64,000 nucleotides of DNA from an uncultured cyanobacterium (GTDB lineage Bacteria > Cyanobacteriota > Cyanobacteriia > Cyanobacteriales > CAWCAG01): the NCBI GenBank assembly GCA_963793425.1, contig CAWCAG010000005.1, forward strand, positions 896,001 to 960,000, read 5' to 3'. This document shows, one piece after another, positions 49,998-61,335 of the stretch (positions are counted from its first letter, which is position 1; every line of letters begins with the position of its first letter). The position numbers and the translations under genes were made by a program. The notes under the pieces are model-generated. The model had not been told where the DNA came from. It worked only from the letters and a program-made list of their open reading frames with translations, and did not search any database.

Positions 49998-51056
49998 TCA
50001 AAACAACTCTTCGGCTTCCTCATAAAGTTCTTGCAGAGTTTGATGTCGCTGACGACGGGAACTACGACGATACTTCTTACTTTCTAACTTTGGTTCATAC
50101 TCTTGCTTCCCAGACCCCTTAATCTTCAACTTCAAACTCGCTTCGTGATCCGGCCTCTGTTGCAAAGCTTCTTGAGTTGCGATCACCTCTCCTAAAAATT
50201 TGAGATAATGCTCATAACGTTCCCAATCTCCCCTAACTGCACAATTAGGCTCATCTCTGTGTAAGCAATCACTAAACTGACAATCTCCCTTAACCAGGCG
50301 CTGTCGTACTTCTGGAAAGTAGGAAGCCAAATCAGCAGGATCACAAGTTAAATTAGGCTGATTGAAGCCAGGAGTATCAGCCAAAAAACTGCCCCCAGGC
50401 AATTCAAAAAGTTCAACATGGCGTGTCGTATGCCTACCCCGACCCAGCTTTCCAGAAACTGCTCCCACCCGCACTTGCAAATCGGGGATTAGCAGATTAA
50501 CCAAGCTAGATTTACCTACTCCAGAAGGCCCTGCCAAAATACTTATTTTCTCCCGTAGCAGTTGAGTTAAGTCCTCTAAACCTCGATTATCAACAACGCT
50601 AATAAATATCGGTTCATAGCCCCAACTTTGCAAGCATTCCTGCCAATATTCTAGTTGTTGGGCAGTAATTAAATCAGTTTTATTTAAACATAAACGAGGT
50701 AATAACTGAGTTGATTCGGCCTTAACTAAAAAGCGACTCAATTGCCAGGGATCTAAACTTGGTTCCTCAACAGCAAAAACTAAAATAATTTGCTCTGCAT
50801 TAGCCACAGGAGGGCGTTCTAAAACTGATTTCCGGGGTAAAACTTCTGCAATAACTCCCCGACCATCTTGATAATCAGGTTCGGTGACCACTACGCGATC
50901 GCCTACCATCACCTTCTGACCAATCTTTTTCAAGCGACTCCGCCTGGTACAAAGCAAAGCAGCAAGATTATCTAACTGAACTTGATGAAAATTAGCTTGA
51001 ACAGCCGTAACTGTCCCTAAAACTCCTTTTCCTTTAGCAGCAACAGCATCCCTCAC
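49998..51056 (-). CDS. rsgA: Ribosome small subunit-dependent GTPase RsgA
   Basis: Circularly permuted GTPase NKTD, GPSGVGKSS, GRHTT, DTPG and zinc finger CQFSDCLHRDEPNC. Confidence 0.95.
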   Translation of the reverse strand: MRDAVAAKGKGVLGTVTAVQANFHQVQLDNLAALLCTRRSRLKKIGQKVMVGDRVVVTEPDYQDGRGVIAEVLPRKSVLERPPVANAEQIILVFAVEEPSLDPWQLSRFLVKAESTQLLPRLCLNKTDLITAQQLEYWQECLQSWGYEPIFISVVDNRGLEDLTQLLREKISILAGPSGVGKSSLVNLLIPDLQVRVGAVSGKLGRGRHTTRHVELFELPGGSFLADTPGFNQPNLTCDPADLASYFPEVRQRLVKGDCQFSDCLHRDEPNCAVRGDWERYEHYLKFLGEVIATQEALQQRPDHEASLKLKIKGSGKQEYEPKLESKKYRRSSRRQRHQTLQELYEEAEELF

Positions 51057-51307
51057 GAAGTTAAGGGACGACGTACTTTGATCACAAAAAATCCTTGATG
51101 ATCTTCTACTGCTTCCAATTGATAGCCTTCCATCACCAAACTATCTGGAACCTGCTCTATAGGCTCCCCTGGATCTAACCAAACTTCTAACAATGAACCA
51201 GGACTCATTTGTTCTAAGCGTAGTTTGGTACGAACAAAATTAATCGGACAAGGAGTTCCTCGTAAATCTAGCTGTGCTTCCGGTAATTGCTCTGTAGTAA
51301 TTGCCAT
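51053..51307 (-). CDS. TusA family sulfur carrier protein
   Basis: LDLRGTPCP motif. Confidence 0.88.
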   Translation of the reverse strand: MAITTEQLPEAQLDLRGTPCPINFVRTKLRLEQMSPGSLLEVWLDPGEPIEQVPDSLVMEGYQLEAVEDHQGFFVIKVRRPLTS

Positions 51308-51319
51308 TGAATTAATTGC

Positions 51320-52450
51320 TCATCCCCCAAACATCTTCCCTAACAATCCTTCCAATCCACCTTTACCAACACTATCTCCTTTGAGTTGTGCCAATTTTTC
51401 TAATAATTCCCGTTCCTCAGTGCCAATACGAGTAGGAATAGCCACCTTAACAGTAATTAAATGATCCCCTCTGCTAACAGGATTTCCCAACCTCGGTACA
51501 CCTTGATTTTCCAAAGTTAATACTGTATCGGGTTGAGTGCCGGGAGGAATAGTTAATTCCGATTCTCCATCCACAGTATTAACCGGCAAGCGGCAACCTA
51601 AAATAGCTTGAATATAACTAATTGTCGCTTCAGAAAGAATATTATTCCCCTCGCGCTCAAATTCTTTATCTTCATTAACAAAAAGGTAAACATATAAATC
51701 CCCCGGCGTACCTCCCCTCGCACCAGCATCCCCTTCACGAGATACCCGTAAGCGAGTACCATTATCCACCCCCGGCGGAATAGTGATTTTCAGTTTCTTA
51801 CTTTCTTGCTTACGGCCAGCACCGCCACAATTTTCGCATTTTTCCTCAATAACTTCCCCTTCCCCATTACAGGTAGGGCAACTACTCACTTGAGCAAAAC
51901 TACCAAAGGGAGTACGAGTCGCACGGCGAACTTGCCCTGTGCCACTACAGGTAGAACAAGTTCGCCGTTGAGTTCCAGGTTTCGCCCCACTACCATTACA
52001 AACTTGACAAGCTTCTAGATGAGGGATGCGAATTTCTTTTTCTCCTCCAAAAATAGCTTCACGAAACTCCAACTTCAAATCCAGCCGCAGATCATCTCCC
52101 CTCGCCGGACCCCTTTGTCGCCGAGGGGAGGTTCCTGCTGTCCCCATACCTCCGAAACCGCTGAAGAAACTCTCAAAAATATCACTTAGCCCAGAAATAT
52201 CTTGAAAATCACCAAAACCGGCCCCAGCGCTTCCAACTCCAGCTTCTCCAAAGCGGTCGTATCTGGCACGAGTTTCTGGTTCAGACAGAACTTCATAAGC
52301 GCGGTTAATTTCTTTAATGCGCTCTTCAGCCCCTGGTTCTTTGTTAACATCCGGATGGTATTTCCGAGCAAGGCGACGGTAAGCACGTTTAAGGTCATCA
52401 GTGCTGGCATCGCGGGAAACACCAAGAATTTCGTAGTAGTCAAGGGCCAT
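51320..52450 (-). CDS. dnaJ: Chaperone DnaJ (class A)
   Basis: J domain with HPD, G/F region, four CxxCxGxG repeats. Confidence 0.97.
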   Translation of the reverse strand: MALDYYEILGVSRDASTDDLKRAYRRLARKYHPDVNKEPGAEERIKEINRAYEVLSEPETRARYDRFGEAGVGSAGAGFGDFQDISGLSDIFESFFSGFGGMGTAGTSPRRQRGPARGDDLRLDLKLEFREAIFGGEKEIRIPHLEACQVCNGSGAKPGTQRRTCSTCSGTGQVRRATRTPFGSFAQVSSCPTCNGEGEVIEEKCENCGGAGRKQESKKLKITIPPGVDNGTRLRVSREGDAGARGGTPGDLYVYLFVNEDKEFEREGNNILSEATISYIQAILGCRLPVNTVDGESELTIPPGTQPDTVLTLENQGVPRLGNPVSRGDHLITVKVAIPTRIGTEERELLEKLAQLKGDSVGKGGLEGLLGKMFGG

Positions 52451-52548
52451 AAGGTGCTGAATTGTGTTAGTTGTGGGTGGTTAGTCTTAGATTTATTTTA
52501 ATCAAATGTATAAACAACAGAAATAGAGCTTTGGTTCGGTAAAAAACT

Positions 52549-54537
52549 CTATTCTACCTGCTCATAGTCAGCCGTAACTGTCTCATCTTCGTCAAAGTTA
52601 AACTCAAACGGGTCTTCTGATTCTTCAGTTTCTTCTGTTGCTACAGTAGGTTGCTCATCATCTGCTACAGTAAATTCTTCATCATCATCATCATCTACTG
52701 CCTCAAACTCTTCATCTACTCCCCGGTTAGCTTGATTGTACACGTCCGTACCCACAGCCAACATAGTTTGACGGAACTCTTCGAGCTTAGTTTTAACTTC
52801 TTCTACGCTAATAGAAGTATCATCAAGCGCCGCTTCTAATTCCTCTCGTCTCTGTTGAACTGTTACCTTCAGATCCTCACGAATTAAATCAGCATTATCT
52901 TTCAAAGTAGACTCATAGCTGTAGAAAAGACTATCAGCCTGATTTCTCAGTTCGACAATCTCCATACGGCGACCATCTTGTTCAGCAAACTGCTCTGCTT
53001 CCTGGCGCATCCGCTCTACTTCTGAGGTACTCAACCCACCAGTATTGGTAATGCGGATACTTTGTACGCGCCCAGTACCCTTATCTTGGGCGTTAACTTT
53101 AAGAATGCCGTTAACATCAATTTCAAAGCTAACTTCAATTTGCGGTACTCCTCTTGGGGCTGGGGGAATACCTGTCAGTAAAAATTTACCCAAGCTCTTA
53201 TTATCTTTGGCCATGGCCCGTTCCCCTTGGAGAACGTGAATTTCTACTGAGGTTTGACCATCGGTAGCGGTAGAAAAGACCTGAGATTTACTAGTAGGAA
53301 TGGTTGTATTGCGCTCAATAATTTTTGTAAAGACTTCTCCTAATGTTTCAATTCCTAAAGATAAAGGAGTAACATCTAGCAACAATAAGTCTTCAACTTC
53401 TCCCCCTAAGACTCCTCCTTGAATAGCCGCCCCAAGGGCTACCGCTTCATCAGGATTAACCGAGCGGTCTGGCTCTTTGCCACCGAAGAAGCTTTTAATA
53501 GCCTGACCCACAGCCGGTATCCGGGTAGAACCACCGACCATGATAATGCGGTTAATCTCATCAGGATTGAGGTCGGAATCTTTAAGAGCTTGTTTAACCG
53601 GAACAACAGTACCTTGAATTAGTTCGCTAGCCAATTCCTCAAACTGAGCTTTAGTAAGTTCAGTTTCCAAATGTTTGGGTCCAGTTTCATCAGCGGTGAT
53701 AAAAGGTAAGTTAATGGAGGTAGTTGCCATGCTAGAAAGTTCAACCTTGGCCTTCTCAGCAGCTTCCCGCAGGCGCTGTATAGCCATTTTGTCTTCACTT
53801 AAATTAATACCTTCATTTTCCTGGAAATTGTCACTCATCCATCGAACAATCACATTATCAAAGTCGTCGCCCCCCAAGTGGTTGTTACCAGAGGTTGCCT
53901 TGACTTCAAAAACCCCATCTCCGAGTTGAAGTATAGAAACGTCAAAGGTTCCTCCTCCTAAGTCAAAGACGAGAATATGCTGCTCTTCATCTTGCTTATC
54001 CAAACCATAGGCTAAAGAAGCGGATGTCGGCTCATTAATAATCCGCATCACTTCCAAGCCAGCAATAGTACCAGCATCTTTAGTAGCTTGGCGTTGAGCG
54101 TCAGTAAAATAGGCTGGTACTGTAATTACAGCCTGGGTGACAGGTTCCCCCAAAAAAGTTTCTGCATCAGCTTTAAGCTTTTGTAAAATCATCGCTGATA
54201 TTTCTTGAGGGGTATAATTTTTATCCCTAATTTTGACATCTACAGTATTGTCGCGACCCTTTACACATTGATAAGGAACACGAGAACGCTCTTCTTCAGT
54301 ATCGTCCCAGCGACGACCAATGAAACGTTTAATACTATAAACAGTGTTTTCGGCGTTAGTAACAGCTTGGCGCTTCGCCAGTTGGCCGACCAGACGATCT
54401 CCTACTTTACCAAACCCCACTATACTCGGAGTGGTGCGTCCACCTTCATTATTAGAGATTACGATCGGTTTTCCACCTTCTAAAACAGCGACACAACTAT
54501 TAGTTGTCCCTAAGTCAATACCAATAACCTTTCCCAT
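52549..54537 (-). CDS. dnaK: Chaperone DnaK (DnaK1-type, acidic C-terminus)
   Basis: [25 protein letters not shown]; sits between grpE and dnaJ. Confidence 0.97.
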   Translation of the reverse strand: MGKVIGIDLGTTNSCVAVLEGGKPIVISNNEGGRTTPSIVGFGKVGDRLVGQLAKRQAVTNAENTVYSIKRFIGRRWDDTEEERSRVPYQCVKGRDNTVDVKIRDKNYTPQEISAMILQKLKADAETFLGEPVTQAVITVPAYFTDAQRQATKDAGTIAGLEVMRIINEPTSASLAYGLDKQDEEQHILVFDLGGGTFDVSILQLGDGVFEVKATSGNNHLGGDDFDNVIVRWMSDNFQENEGINLSEDKMAIQRLREAAEKAKVELSSMATTSINLPFITADETGPKHLETELTKAQFEELASELIQGTVVPVKQALKDSDLNPDEINRIIMVGGSTRIPAVGQAIKSFFGGKEPDRSVNPDEAVALGAAIQGGVLGGEVEDLLLLDVTPLSLGIETLGEVFTKIIERNTTIPTSKSQVFSTATDGQTSVEIHVLQGERAMAKDNKSLGKFLLTGIPPAPRGVPQIEVSFEIDVNGILKVNAQDKGTGRVQSIRITNTGGLSTSEVERMRQEAEQFAEQDGRRMEIVELRNQADSLFYSYESTLKDNADLIREDLKVTVQQRREELEAALDDTSISVEEVKTKLEEFRQTMLAVGTDVYNQANRGVDEEFEAVDDDDDEEFTVADDEQPTVATEETEESEDPFEFNFDEDETVTADYEQVE

Positions 54538-54747
54538 AGAACTTCAGTAATATAAGGTGTGCGAGAAGCGTTGTGATTCAGCTTAAGTTGCTAAGACAAC
54601 TTTCTTAGATGTTAAGAACTAACTTGAGATCTAGCCAAAATTCTTACTAACACAGTGGTTGAAAAGTAATTTTGGCTGATCTCTAGCTTTCGAGAGACTG
54701 ACACCTCAATTTTCTTGTCTGATGCAGCCCATTAAAAACAATTTAAC

Positions 54748-55521
54748 CTACGGCTCTAGATTATTTACTTGTTCTTGAGCCTCTCCTGGTTGAGGATTTT
54801 CTGTACTTCCGCTCGGCTCTTGCTCAGCAGCAACTTTTACCATCGCGTGGCGCAGCACTTTATCCCCTAATAGATAACCCCTTACCAACTGCTCTATGAC
54901 TATACCTTCAGCATATTCACTGCTTGGTTCCCTAAAGACAGCTTCATGAAGGTTAGGGTCAAATTCTTGACCTTCAGGACGCATAGCCGAAACCCCGATG
55001 CGTTTTAATCCATCTACTAGTTGCTTGTATACTCCCTGATAGCTCTTATGAATAGCCATCTCTCCTTCATCAGCAGGCTTAATTTGAGAACGCGCTCGTT
55101 CAAAGTTATCTACTACCGATAATAATTCGGTAATAGTATTTCTCTTAACCTGCTGCTCTAAATCTTCTTTTTCTTTCTGTACACGCTTGCGCCAATTTTC
55201 AAAATCAGCAGCGAGGCGCATATACTTTTCTTTAAAAGAGTCTCCCTGCTCAGATTGTTTAGTTAGTCGCTCGTTTAAAGCAGAAATTTCTTGCTGTAAA
55301 GCTTGAATAACTACTTCTGCTTCACCAGATTCAGAAGAAGAGTAGCTTGTCTGTTGATCTTCTGAATCAGCTTTTTCGGTATCGAAAGAATCTAAAGTTA
55401 CTTCCTCTGTTAGAGTTTCAGTTACTTCGGGGGAGTTTTCTGGTTCTTTTTGCTCAGACATTCGGTGACTGTCCTCTGGATGCTCCAAAGTTTTTTCTGA
55501 GGGCTTTTGCTCATCAATCAT
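54748..55521 (-). CDS. grpE: Nucleotide exchange factor GrpE
   Basis: RLAADFENWRKR, FDPNLHEAV, GYLLGDKVLRHAMVKV. Confidence 0.96.
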   Translation of the reverse strand: MIDEQKPSEKTLEHPEDSHRMSEQKEPENSPEVTETLTEEVTLDSFDTEKADSEDQQTSYSSSESGEAEVVIQALQQEISALNERLTKQSEQGDSFKEKYMRLAADFENWRKRVQKEKEDLEQQVKRNTITELLSVVDNFERARSQIKPADEGEMAIHKSYQGVYKQLVDGLKRIGVSAMRPEGQEFDPNLHEAVFREPSSEYAEGIVIEQLVRGYLLGDKVLRHAMVKVAAEQEPSGSTENPQPGEAQEQVNNLEP

Positions 55522-55657
55522 GATGTATTTTATTTAAAATCACAAAAGTAGACTTTTAATTTTTGGGACGGGAGATAATATTAGCTATATGTTTCTAGAT
55601 TTGCTTGCTCGGTGCTTTAAAGATACATATTTGCTTGTATTCCCAATAACTTATCTA

Positions 55658-55675
55658 TCTTTAACTTAATGTAAC
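55658..55675 (-). promoter_or_regulatory. HLR1-like (RpaB) direct repeat upstream of grpE
   Basis: Minus strand GTTACATT-AA-GTTAAAGA resembles (G/T)TTACA(T/A)(T/A)-N2 repeat. Confidence 0.45.
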
Positions 55676-55973
55676 ATTTATAGATAAAGACGATGGTGTT
55701 ACCAAGCCTTAGAAGCAAAGCAAACAAGGTTTTTCTTGGGGAAAAGTAAATATCTTGCTCAAGCTAGGCCAATCCCAATAAAGAAAGAAGTTATCATCGT
55801 GAATATCTTATCCACTAATAAAGCTTTGGCGAAGAATATTCATCCCAGTCTAGTCAGAATCTAACTAATTCACCAACTAGCTAGCCTAGCTCTCGTTACT
55901 CAATATTAAAGAATAATTCTAGCCGAGGCAAAGAGTGAAAAATGTTTAATATAAGGAGCTATTCTCACCAACC

Positions 55974-57971
55974 ATGACTTCATCCTCACGGCGCTCCCGC
56001 GCTCTCGCCCTCAAAGACGATGTATCTCCATTTGGTAGGAAGCTGATCCAGTCGGGTTATGTCGATGATAAACAGATGCACCAAGCTCTGGCAGAAACCC
56101 GTAAGACTGGTCGTCCTCTAACAGAAATATTAGAGTCTCTTACTGGTCAGCAACTTTCTCCTGAATTACTACGCCAATTCAAGAAACAGCAGCTATTTGA
56201 ATTAAAAATACTCTACGGCGTTGATTCAGTAGATCCGGAGATAGACCCCATCGCCAACAATCAGATGAGTGAACTGATTGATACCTTGATTCCGGTTGAT
56301 CTGTGTCGCCGCCATAATTTGGTTCCTATCTCTAAAACAGAAACACCACCTTCTGTTTTAGTTGCCATGGTAGATCCTGATGATCTTGGCGCTCAAGACG
56401 ATCTTAATCGCATTCTGCGGCCTCAAAAAGTAGCCTTGCAAAGAATGGTCATTACTAAAGAGGACTATCAAAAGCTCATAGAAGGCTATTTAGATGAGCA
56501 AGTGGCTCAAGCTAAGCAACAAGAAGAAGCCTCTAGGGTTGATGTGGCTGAAGACCTAGAAAATCTAGGTAGCTTAGAAGATGCTCCTGATGAAGTAGAT
56601 GATGACCTTGATGCAGTGGGAGATGCTCAAGGCGCTCCTGTAATCAACTTAGTTAACAAAATACTGGCTAAGGGCTTACAAGATGGAGTTTCTGATATAC
56701 ATATAGAACCTCAAGAAGAGAGCTTGAGAGTGCGTTTCCGTAAAGACGGGGTACTCAGAGAAGTATTTAACCAGCCGCCAATACCCAAGAAAGTGACAGC
56801 GGCGGTATCTGCCCGTTTTAAAATCATGGCGGAATTAGATATTGCCGAGCGCAGATTACCTCAAGATGGCAAAATCAGGCGTGTTTTTCAAGGGCGTAAA
56901 GTAGATTTCCGGGTTAGTACCTTACCTAGCCGCTATGGAGAGAAAATAGTCCTGCGGATTCTGGATAATACCGCTACCCAACTAGGATTAGATTTTTTAA
57001 TTACCGATCCAGATACCCTAGAAATTGTCCGGGAGATGGCCAGTCGCCCCTTCGGGCTAATCCTTGTCACCGGCCCCACAGGTTCAGGTAAATCGACAAG
57101 TTTGTATTCTGTTTTAGCAGAAAGAAATAGCCCTGGGGTAAATATTAGTACCGCAGAAGACCCCATTGAATATTCCTTAGCTGGTATTACCCAAGTCCAG
57201 GTAATCCGCGAAAAAGGTATGGATTTTGCCTCCATTCTACGGGCTTTTATGCGTCAAGATCCTGATGTGATCTTAGTAGGAGAGACGAGGGATATAGAAA
57301 CAGCTAAAACCGCTATTGAAGCTGCCTTAACAGGACACCTAGTACTAACAACCCTCCATACCAACGATGCTGCTGGGGCGATCGCTCGCTTAGATGAGAT
57401 GGGGGTAGAGCCATTTATGGTATCTGGGGCCCTTCTTGGTGTACTAGCACAGCGTTTGATGCGAAAAGTTTGTGATGAATGCTGCTTAGAGCATCAGCCT
57501 ACTACTGAAGAATTAGCTAGATTTGGTTTATCCGCTTCCAGTGATGGAGAGATAACTTTCTACAAAGCCAATAGTCTACTTCCAGAAGAAATTGCTCAAG
57601 CTAGATCAGGAGGAACTCTTTGTAAAAAATGTAATGGCATCGGTTACAAGGGTAGAGTTGGGGTTTATGAGGTGATGCGCGTTAGTGAAAGACTACAAAC
57701 CTTAATTAACGAAGCAGCACCCACTGAGCGTATTAAAGAAGCTGCTGTAGAAGATGGTATGAAAACTCTGCTGGCCTATAGTTTAGATTTAGTCAGAGGA
57801 GGTCAAACCACCTTAGAAGAAGTAGAAAGGGTAACTTTCACAGATTCAGGTTTAGAAGCTGAGTTGAAAGCTAAACGTAAAACTTCTTTAACCTGCCGTT
57901 CTTGTGGAGCAGAACTACAACAGGATTGGCTGGATTGCCCCTATTGTATGACAGCTCGTTTTCAGGATTAG
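55974..57971 (+). CDS. pilB: Type IV pilus assembly ATPase PilB
   Basis: SDIHIEP, GPTGSGKS, EDPIEY, RQDPD, TGHLV.TTLH, C-terminal CxxC...CxxC. Confidence 0.95.
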   Translation: MTSSSRRSRALALKDDVSPFGRKLIQSGYVDDKQMHQALAETRKTGRPLTEILESLTGQQLSPELLRQFKKQQLFELKILYGVDSVDPEIDPIANNQMSELIDTLIPVDLCRRHNLVPISKTETPPSVLVAMVDPDDLGAQDDLNRILRPQKVALQRMVITKEDYQKLIEGYLDEQVAQAKQQEEASRVDVAEDLENLGSLEDAPDEVDDDLDAVGDAQGAPVINLVNKILAKGLQDGVSDIHIEPQEESLRVRFRKDGVLREVFNQPPIPKKVTAAVSARFKIMAELDIAERRLPQDGKIRRVFQGRKVDFRVSTLPSRYGEKIVLRILDNTATQLGLDFLITDPDTLEIVREMASRPFGLILVTGPTGSGKSTSLYSVLAERNSPGVNISTAEDPIEYSLAGITQVQVIREKGMDFASILRAFMRQDPDVILVGETRDIETAKTAIEAALTGHLVLTTLHTNDAAGAIARLDEMGVEPFMVSGALLGVLAQRLMRKVCDECCLEHQPTTEELARFGLSASSDGEITFYKANSLLPEEIAQARSGGTLCKKCNGIGYKGRVGVYEVMRVSERLQTLINEAAPTERIKEAAVEDGMKTLLAYSLDLVRGGQTTLEEVERVTFTDSGLEAELKAKRKTSLTCRSCGAELQQDWLDCPYCMTARFQD

Positions 57972-58066
57972 TTGAAAATGCAGTCATAAAAAAGCAGGAA
58001 ACCGGGAAGCCTAGTAGCAAAACCTTTCCTGCTTATTAGCACACAATAATTTAAGGAGAAAAACCA

Positions 58067-59212
58067 ATGCCGATGGATATGATGATTGAAGATTTGATGG
58101 AGCAGCTAGTAGAGATGGGCGGCTCTGATATGCATATTCAAGCTGGTGCGCCCATTTACTTCCGTGCTAGTGGTAAGCTAGCTCCCATTAACGAAGAAGT
58201 GCTTTCTCCTCAAGATTGCCAAAGGCTAATCTTTAGTATGCTCAACAATATGCAGCGCAAAGATTTAGAGCAGAATTGGGAATTAGATTGTTCCTATGGT
58301 GTCAAGGGTTTAGCCCGCTTTCGAGTTAACGTTTATAAAGAGCGAGGTTGCTATGCTGCTTGCTTGAGGGCTTTATCTTCTAAAATCCCTGACTTTGACC
58401 AATTAGGTTTGCCTGATGTGGTTAGGGAAATGTCAGAAAGACCGAGAGGTATGGTTTTAGTTACAGGACAAACAGGCTCTGGTAAAACCACCACCATGGC
58501 AGCGATGTTGGACTTGATTAACCGTACCAGAGCAGAACACGTACTCACAGTAGAAGATCCTATTGAATACGTTTTTCCCAACGTCAAAAGCTTATTCCAC
58601 CAACGCCAAAAAGGTGAAGACACTAAAAGTTTTGCCAACGCGCTTAAAGGTGCTTTGCGACAAGATCCTGACGTAATCTTAGTTGGAGAAATGCGCGACT
58701 TAGAAACCATCAGTCTAGCCATCTCCGCTGCGGAAACAGGTCACTTAGTCTTTGGTACTCTACACACCAACTCTGCTGCTGGTACCGTTGACCGTATGCT
58801 CGATGTTTTCCCTCCAGAACAACAAGGGCAGATACGGGCCCAGCTTTCCCAATCTTTGGTTGCTGTTTTCAGTCAATGTTTAGCGAAAAAGAAAAGTCCT
58901 AAACCAGGGGAATTTGGTCGGATTATGGCTCAAGAAATTATGATCGTTACCCCAGGTATCGCTAACCAAATTCGGGAAGGCAAAACTTCTCAAATTTATG
59001 GCTCTATTCAAACTGGTTCCAAAATAGGAATGCAAACTATGGAACAGTGTTTAGCTAACTTAGTTAGGCATGGCACGGTTTCTTTTGAAGAAGCAGTATC
59101 TAAAAGTGGTAAACCTGATGAATTACAGCGCCTGGTTGGTGGGGCTGGTGCAGCAGCAGCAGGGGCAAAAGCTCGTCCAGCAGCGGCTGGTGCTAGGACG
59201 GCCAGACGTTAA
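58067..59212 (+). CDS. pilT: Type IV pilus retraction ATPase PilT
   Basis: SDMHI, GQTGSGKTT, EDPIE, ALRQDPD, IANQIRE, GMQTM. Confidence 0.95.
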   Translation: MPMDMMIEDLMEQLVEMGGSDMHIQAGAPIYFRASGKLAPINEEVLSPQDCQRLIFSMLNNMQRKDLEQNWELDCSYGVKGLARFRVNVYKERGCYAACLRALSSKIPDFDQLGLPDVVREMSERPRGMVLVTGQTGSGKTTTMAAMLDLINRTRAEHVLTVEDPIEYVFPNVKSLFHQRQKGEDTKSFANALKGALRQDPDVILVGEMRDLETISLAISAAETGHLVFGTLHTNSAAGTVDRMLDVFPPEQQGQIRAQLSQSLVAVFSQCLAKKKSPKPGEFGRIMAQEIMIVTPGIANQIREGKTSQIYGSIQTGSKIGMQTMEQCLANLVRHGTVSFEEAVSKSGKPDELQRLVGGAGAAAAGAKARPAAAGARTARR

Positions 59213-59360
59213 AGAGTTTTTCAAGAGGGAAAATGGTATTTGTTTTTTAGTTAGCCCTTTTCTCTCTTACATTTTATTAAAACTAAGACTCAAGTATAAA
59301 TTTGCTCCAGTCATTGCCTTATAGTCTGGAAAATAATTAATTTCCTCTTTCTTTTGAACC

Positions 59361-60575
59361 ATGCCTACCTTTATTGTTGATGTTCAAGACGCAGCGGGAA
59401 ATGCTACTAAAGAAAAAGTAGATGCTGTTTCCGAAGAACAAGCCCGTAGTATTCTCCAAAATAGATATCCTCTAGTTCTTAAAGTTAAAAAAGCTGGTAT
59501 AAATCTAGATTTATCTTCCATAGAACAGCTTATCACTTCTGTTTCAGTTAAAGATAAAGCCATCTTTTCTCGCCAATTTGCTGCCATGGTTAACGCTGGT
59601 GTAGCAATGGTTAGATGTCTGGGCGTTTTAGCAGATCAATGTTCTAATTCCAAGCTGAAAAAATCTTTGTTAGCAATCAGTAAAGATGTAGAGCAAGGGA
59701 ACGATCTTTCCTCAGCCATGGCCAAACATCCTGAATGTTTCGACCATCTTTATGTAAGTATGGTGCAAGCAGGAGAAACAGGTGGTGTTTTAGATGAAGT
59801 TCTTAACCGCCTTTCTAAAGTATTGGAAGATATTGCCAGGTTGCAAAACCAAATTAAATCGGCCATGGCTTATCCTGTGGTAGTAGGGGCTTTGGCAATT
59901 ATCATCTTCCTTGCCATGACCATGTTTCTGATTCCTGTGTTTGCAGAAATTTTTGAAGATATTGGTACAGAATTGCCTTTGCTTACTAAGATTATGTTAG
60001 AGATTAGTAAGTTTCTAAGAAGTTGGAAGATCGTTATTCCTTTTATCGCGGTTATTGTCTTCGTTTTTGTCTTCCGCCAATATTACAAAACCCCAATAGG
60101 TCGCCTACAAATTGACAAACTTAAATTAAAGATACCCATTTTCGGTGACTTAGTAGAAAAATCAGCAGTAGCTCGTTTTACCCGTGTATTTGGTACTTTA
60201 ACTCGTTCTGGTGTACCGATCCTTAGTAGTTTAGAAATTGTTCGAGATATTGCTGGCAACCAAGTAATTGCTAATAGCATTGATGCAGCCAGGGCAGAGA
60301 TTCAACAAGGGGGCATGATTAGCCTCGCGCTACAAAAAGATAATGTCTTCCCTTTGATGGCGATTCAAATGATTAGTATTGGGGAAGAAACAGGGGAATT
60401 AGATGCCATGCTCATGAAAGTAGCTGATTTCTATGAAGATGAAGTGGAACAAGCTGTTAAAGCTCTTACTAGTATTCTTGAACCAATCATGATGGTGGTT
60501 TTAGGGGGCATGGTAGGAACAATTTTGCTCTCTATGTATTTACCAATGTTTAAGGTATTTGAAGACTTAGGTTAA
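59361..60575 (+). CDS. pilC: Type IV pilus inner membrane platform protein PilC
   Basis: FSRQFAAMVNAG, GETGG.LDEVL, AMAYP, GEETGELD; follows pilB-pilT. Confidence 0.95.
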   Translation: MPTFIVDVQDAAGNATKEKVDAVSEEQARSILQNRYPLVLKVKKAGINLDLSSIEQLITSVSVKDKAIFSRQFAAMVNAGVAMVRCLGVLADQCSNSKLKKSLLAISKDVEQGNDLSSAMAKHPECFDHLYVSMVQAGETGGVLDEVLNRLSKVLEDIARLQNQIKSAMAYPVVVGALAIIIFLAMTMFLIPVFAEIFEDIGTELPLLTKIMLEISKFLRSWKIVIPFIAVIVFVFVFRQYYKTPIGRLQIDKLKLKIPIFGDLVEKSAVARFTRVFGTLTRSGVPILSSLEIVRDIAGNQVIANSIDAARAEIQQGGMISLALQKDNVFPLMAIQMISIGEETGELDAMLMKVADFYEDEVEQAVKALTSILEPIMMVVLGGMVGTILLSMYLPMFKVFEDLG

Positions 60576-60582
60576 TTAAATT

Positions 60583-61173
60583 ATGCCTGTTAAGCAAGTA
60601 CATTATGAAGCGCTACTAGCTGAATACAGCAATCATGAAGCTGCGATCGCACTTTTAAGAAATCATCGTCCTTACTTAGAGATGATTCCTAGTATGCGCC
60701 GCCCCGATGAAAGCGTGATTACGATCCCTTTACCAGTTGTGAGGATTCGTAAATTTGATGCCTCTCAAGGTTTTGGGAATCATATCACCCTTCCTGAACA
60801 AACCTTGAGTTTGCCTTGTGATCTGGCAATTGTCATGTGCGATCCAGAATGGAAAATCAAAATGGGGGTAGAAATACTACTATTTATTCATCGCCCCCAA
60901 GAAGATTTTTCCCAGTTATTAGGTCGTTGGCGACAGACTCAAGTTTGGTTAGATAAAGATTATGAATGGTTGATGCCTCTACGCCACCAACACATTCTTA
61001 GTGAGGGAGCAGATCGGGTTTATCCTCTCTTTATTGTTTTTGGTGAGACTCCAACTAGAATCAAAAAAGGCTTGGCAGGAGCTTGTCTGCCCTTTGTTAT
61101 TCAGACTCCTGATTTGTTAGCAGAAGAGGAAATGGAGGAGATTTTTCCGACAGAAGAGATGTTAGAGGGTTAG
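60583..61173 (+). CDS. Conserved hypothetical protein downstream of pilC
   Basis: 196-aa ORF 7 bp after pilC, probably co-transcribed. Confidence 0.75.
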   Translation: MPVKQVHYEALLAEYSNHEAAIALLRNHRPYLEMIPSMRRPDESVITIPLPVVRIRKFDASQGFGNHITLPEQTLSLPCDLAIVMCDPEWKIKMGVEILLFIHRPQEDFSQLLGRWRQTQVWLDKDYEWLMPLRHQHILSEGADRVYPLFIVFGETPTRIKKGLAGACLPFVIQTPDLLAEEEMEEIFPTEEMLEG

Positions 61174-61335
61174 TAATTTGCTAATGGCTAATAGCTAATT
61201 GTTAGGTTAAATATTCATCCCCCCTTCCTCATACAAATCCGGTTATGATAGTCCCGCGCCATAAGATCTAGGAATAAATTGCTCCAATCCTTGCTCCCCT
61301 CACAAATAACCTGTGCTAGTAAACAGAGTCTAGTA

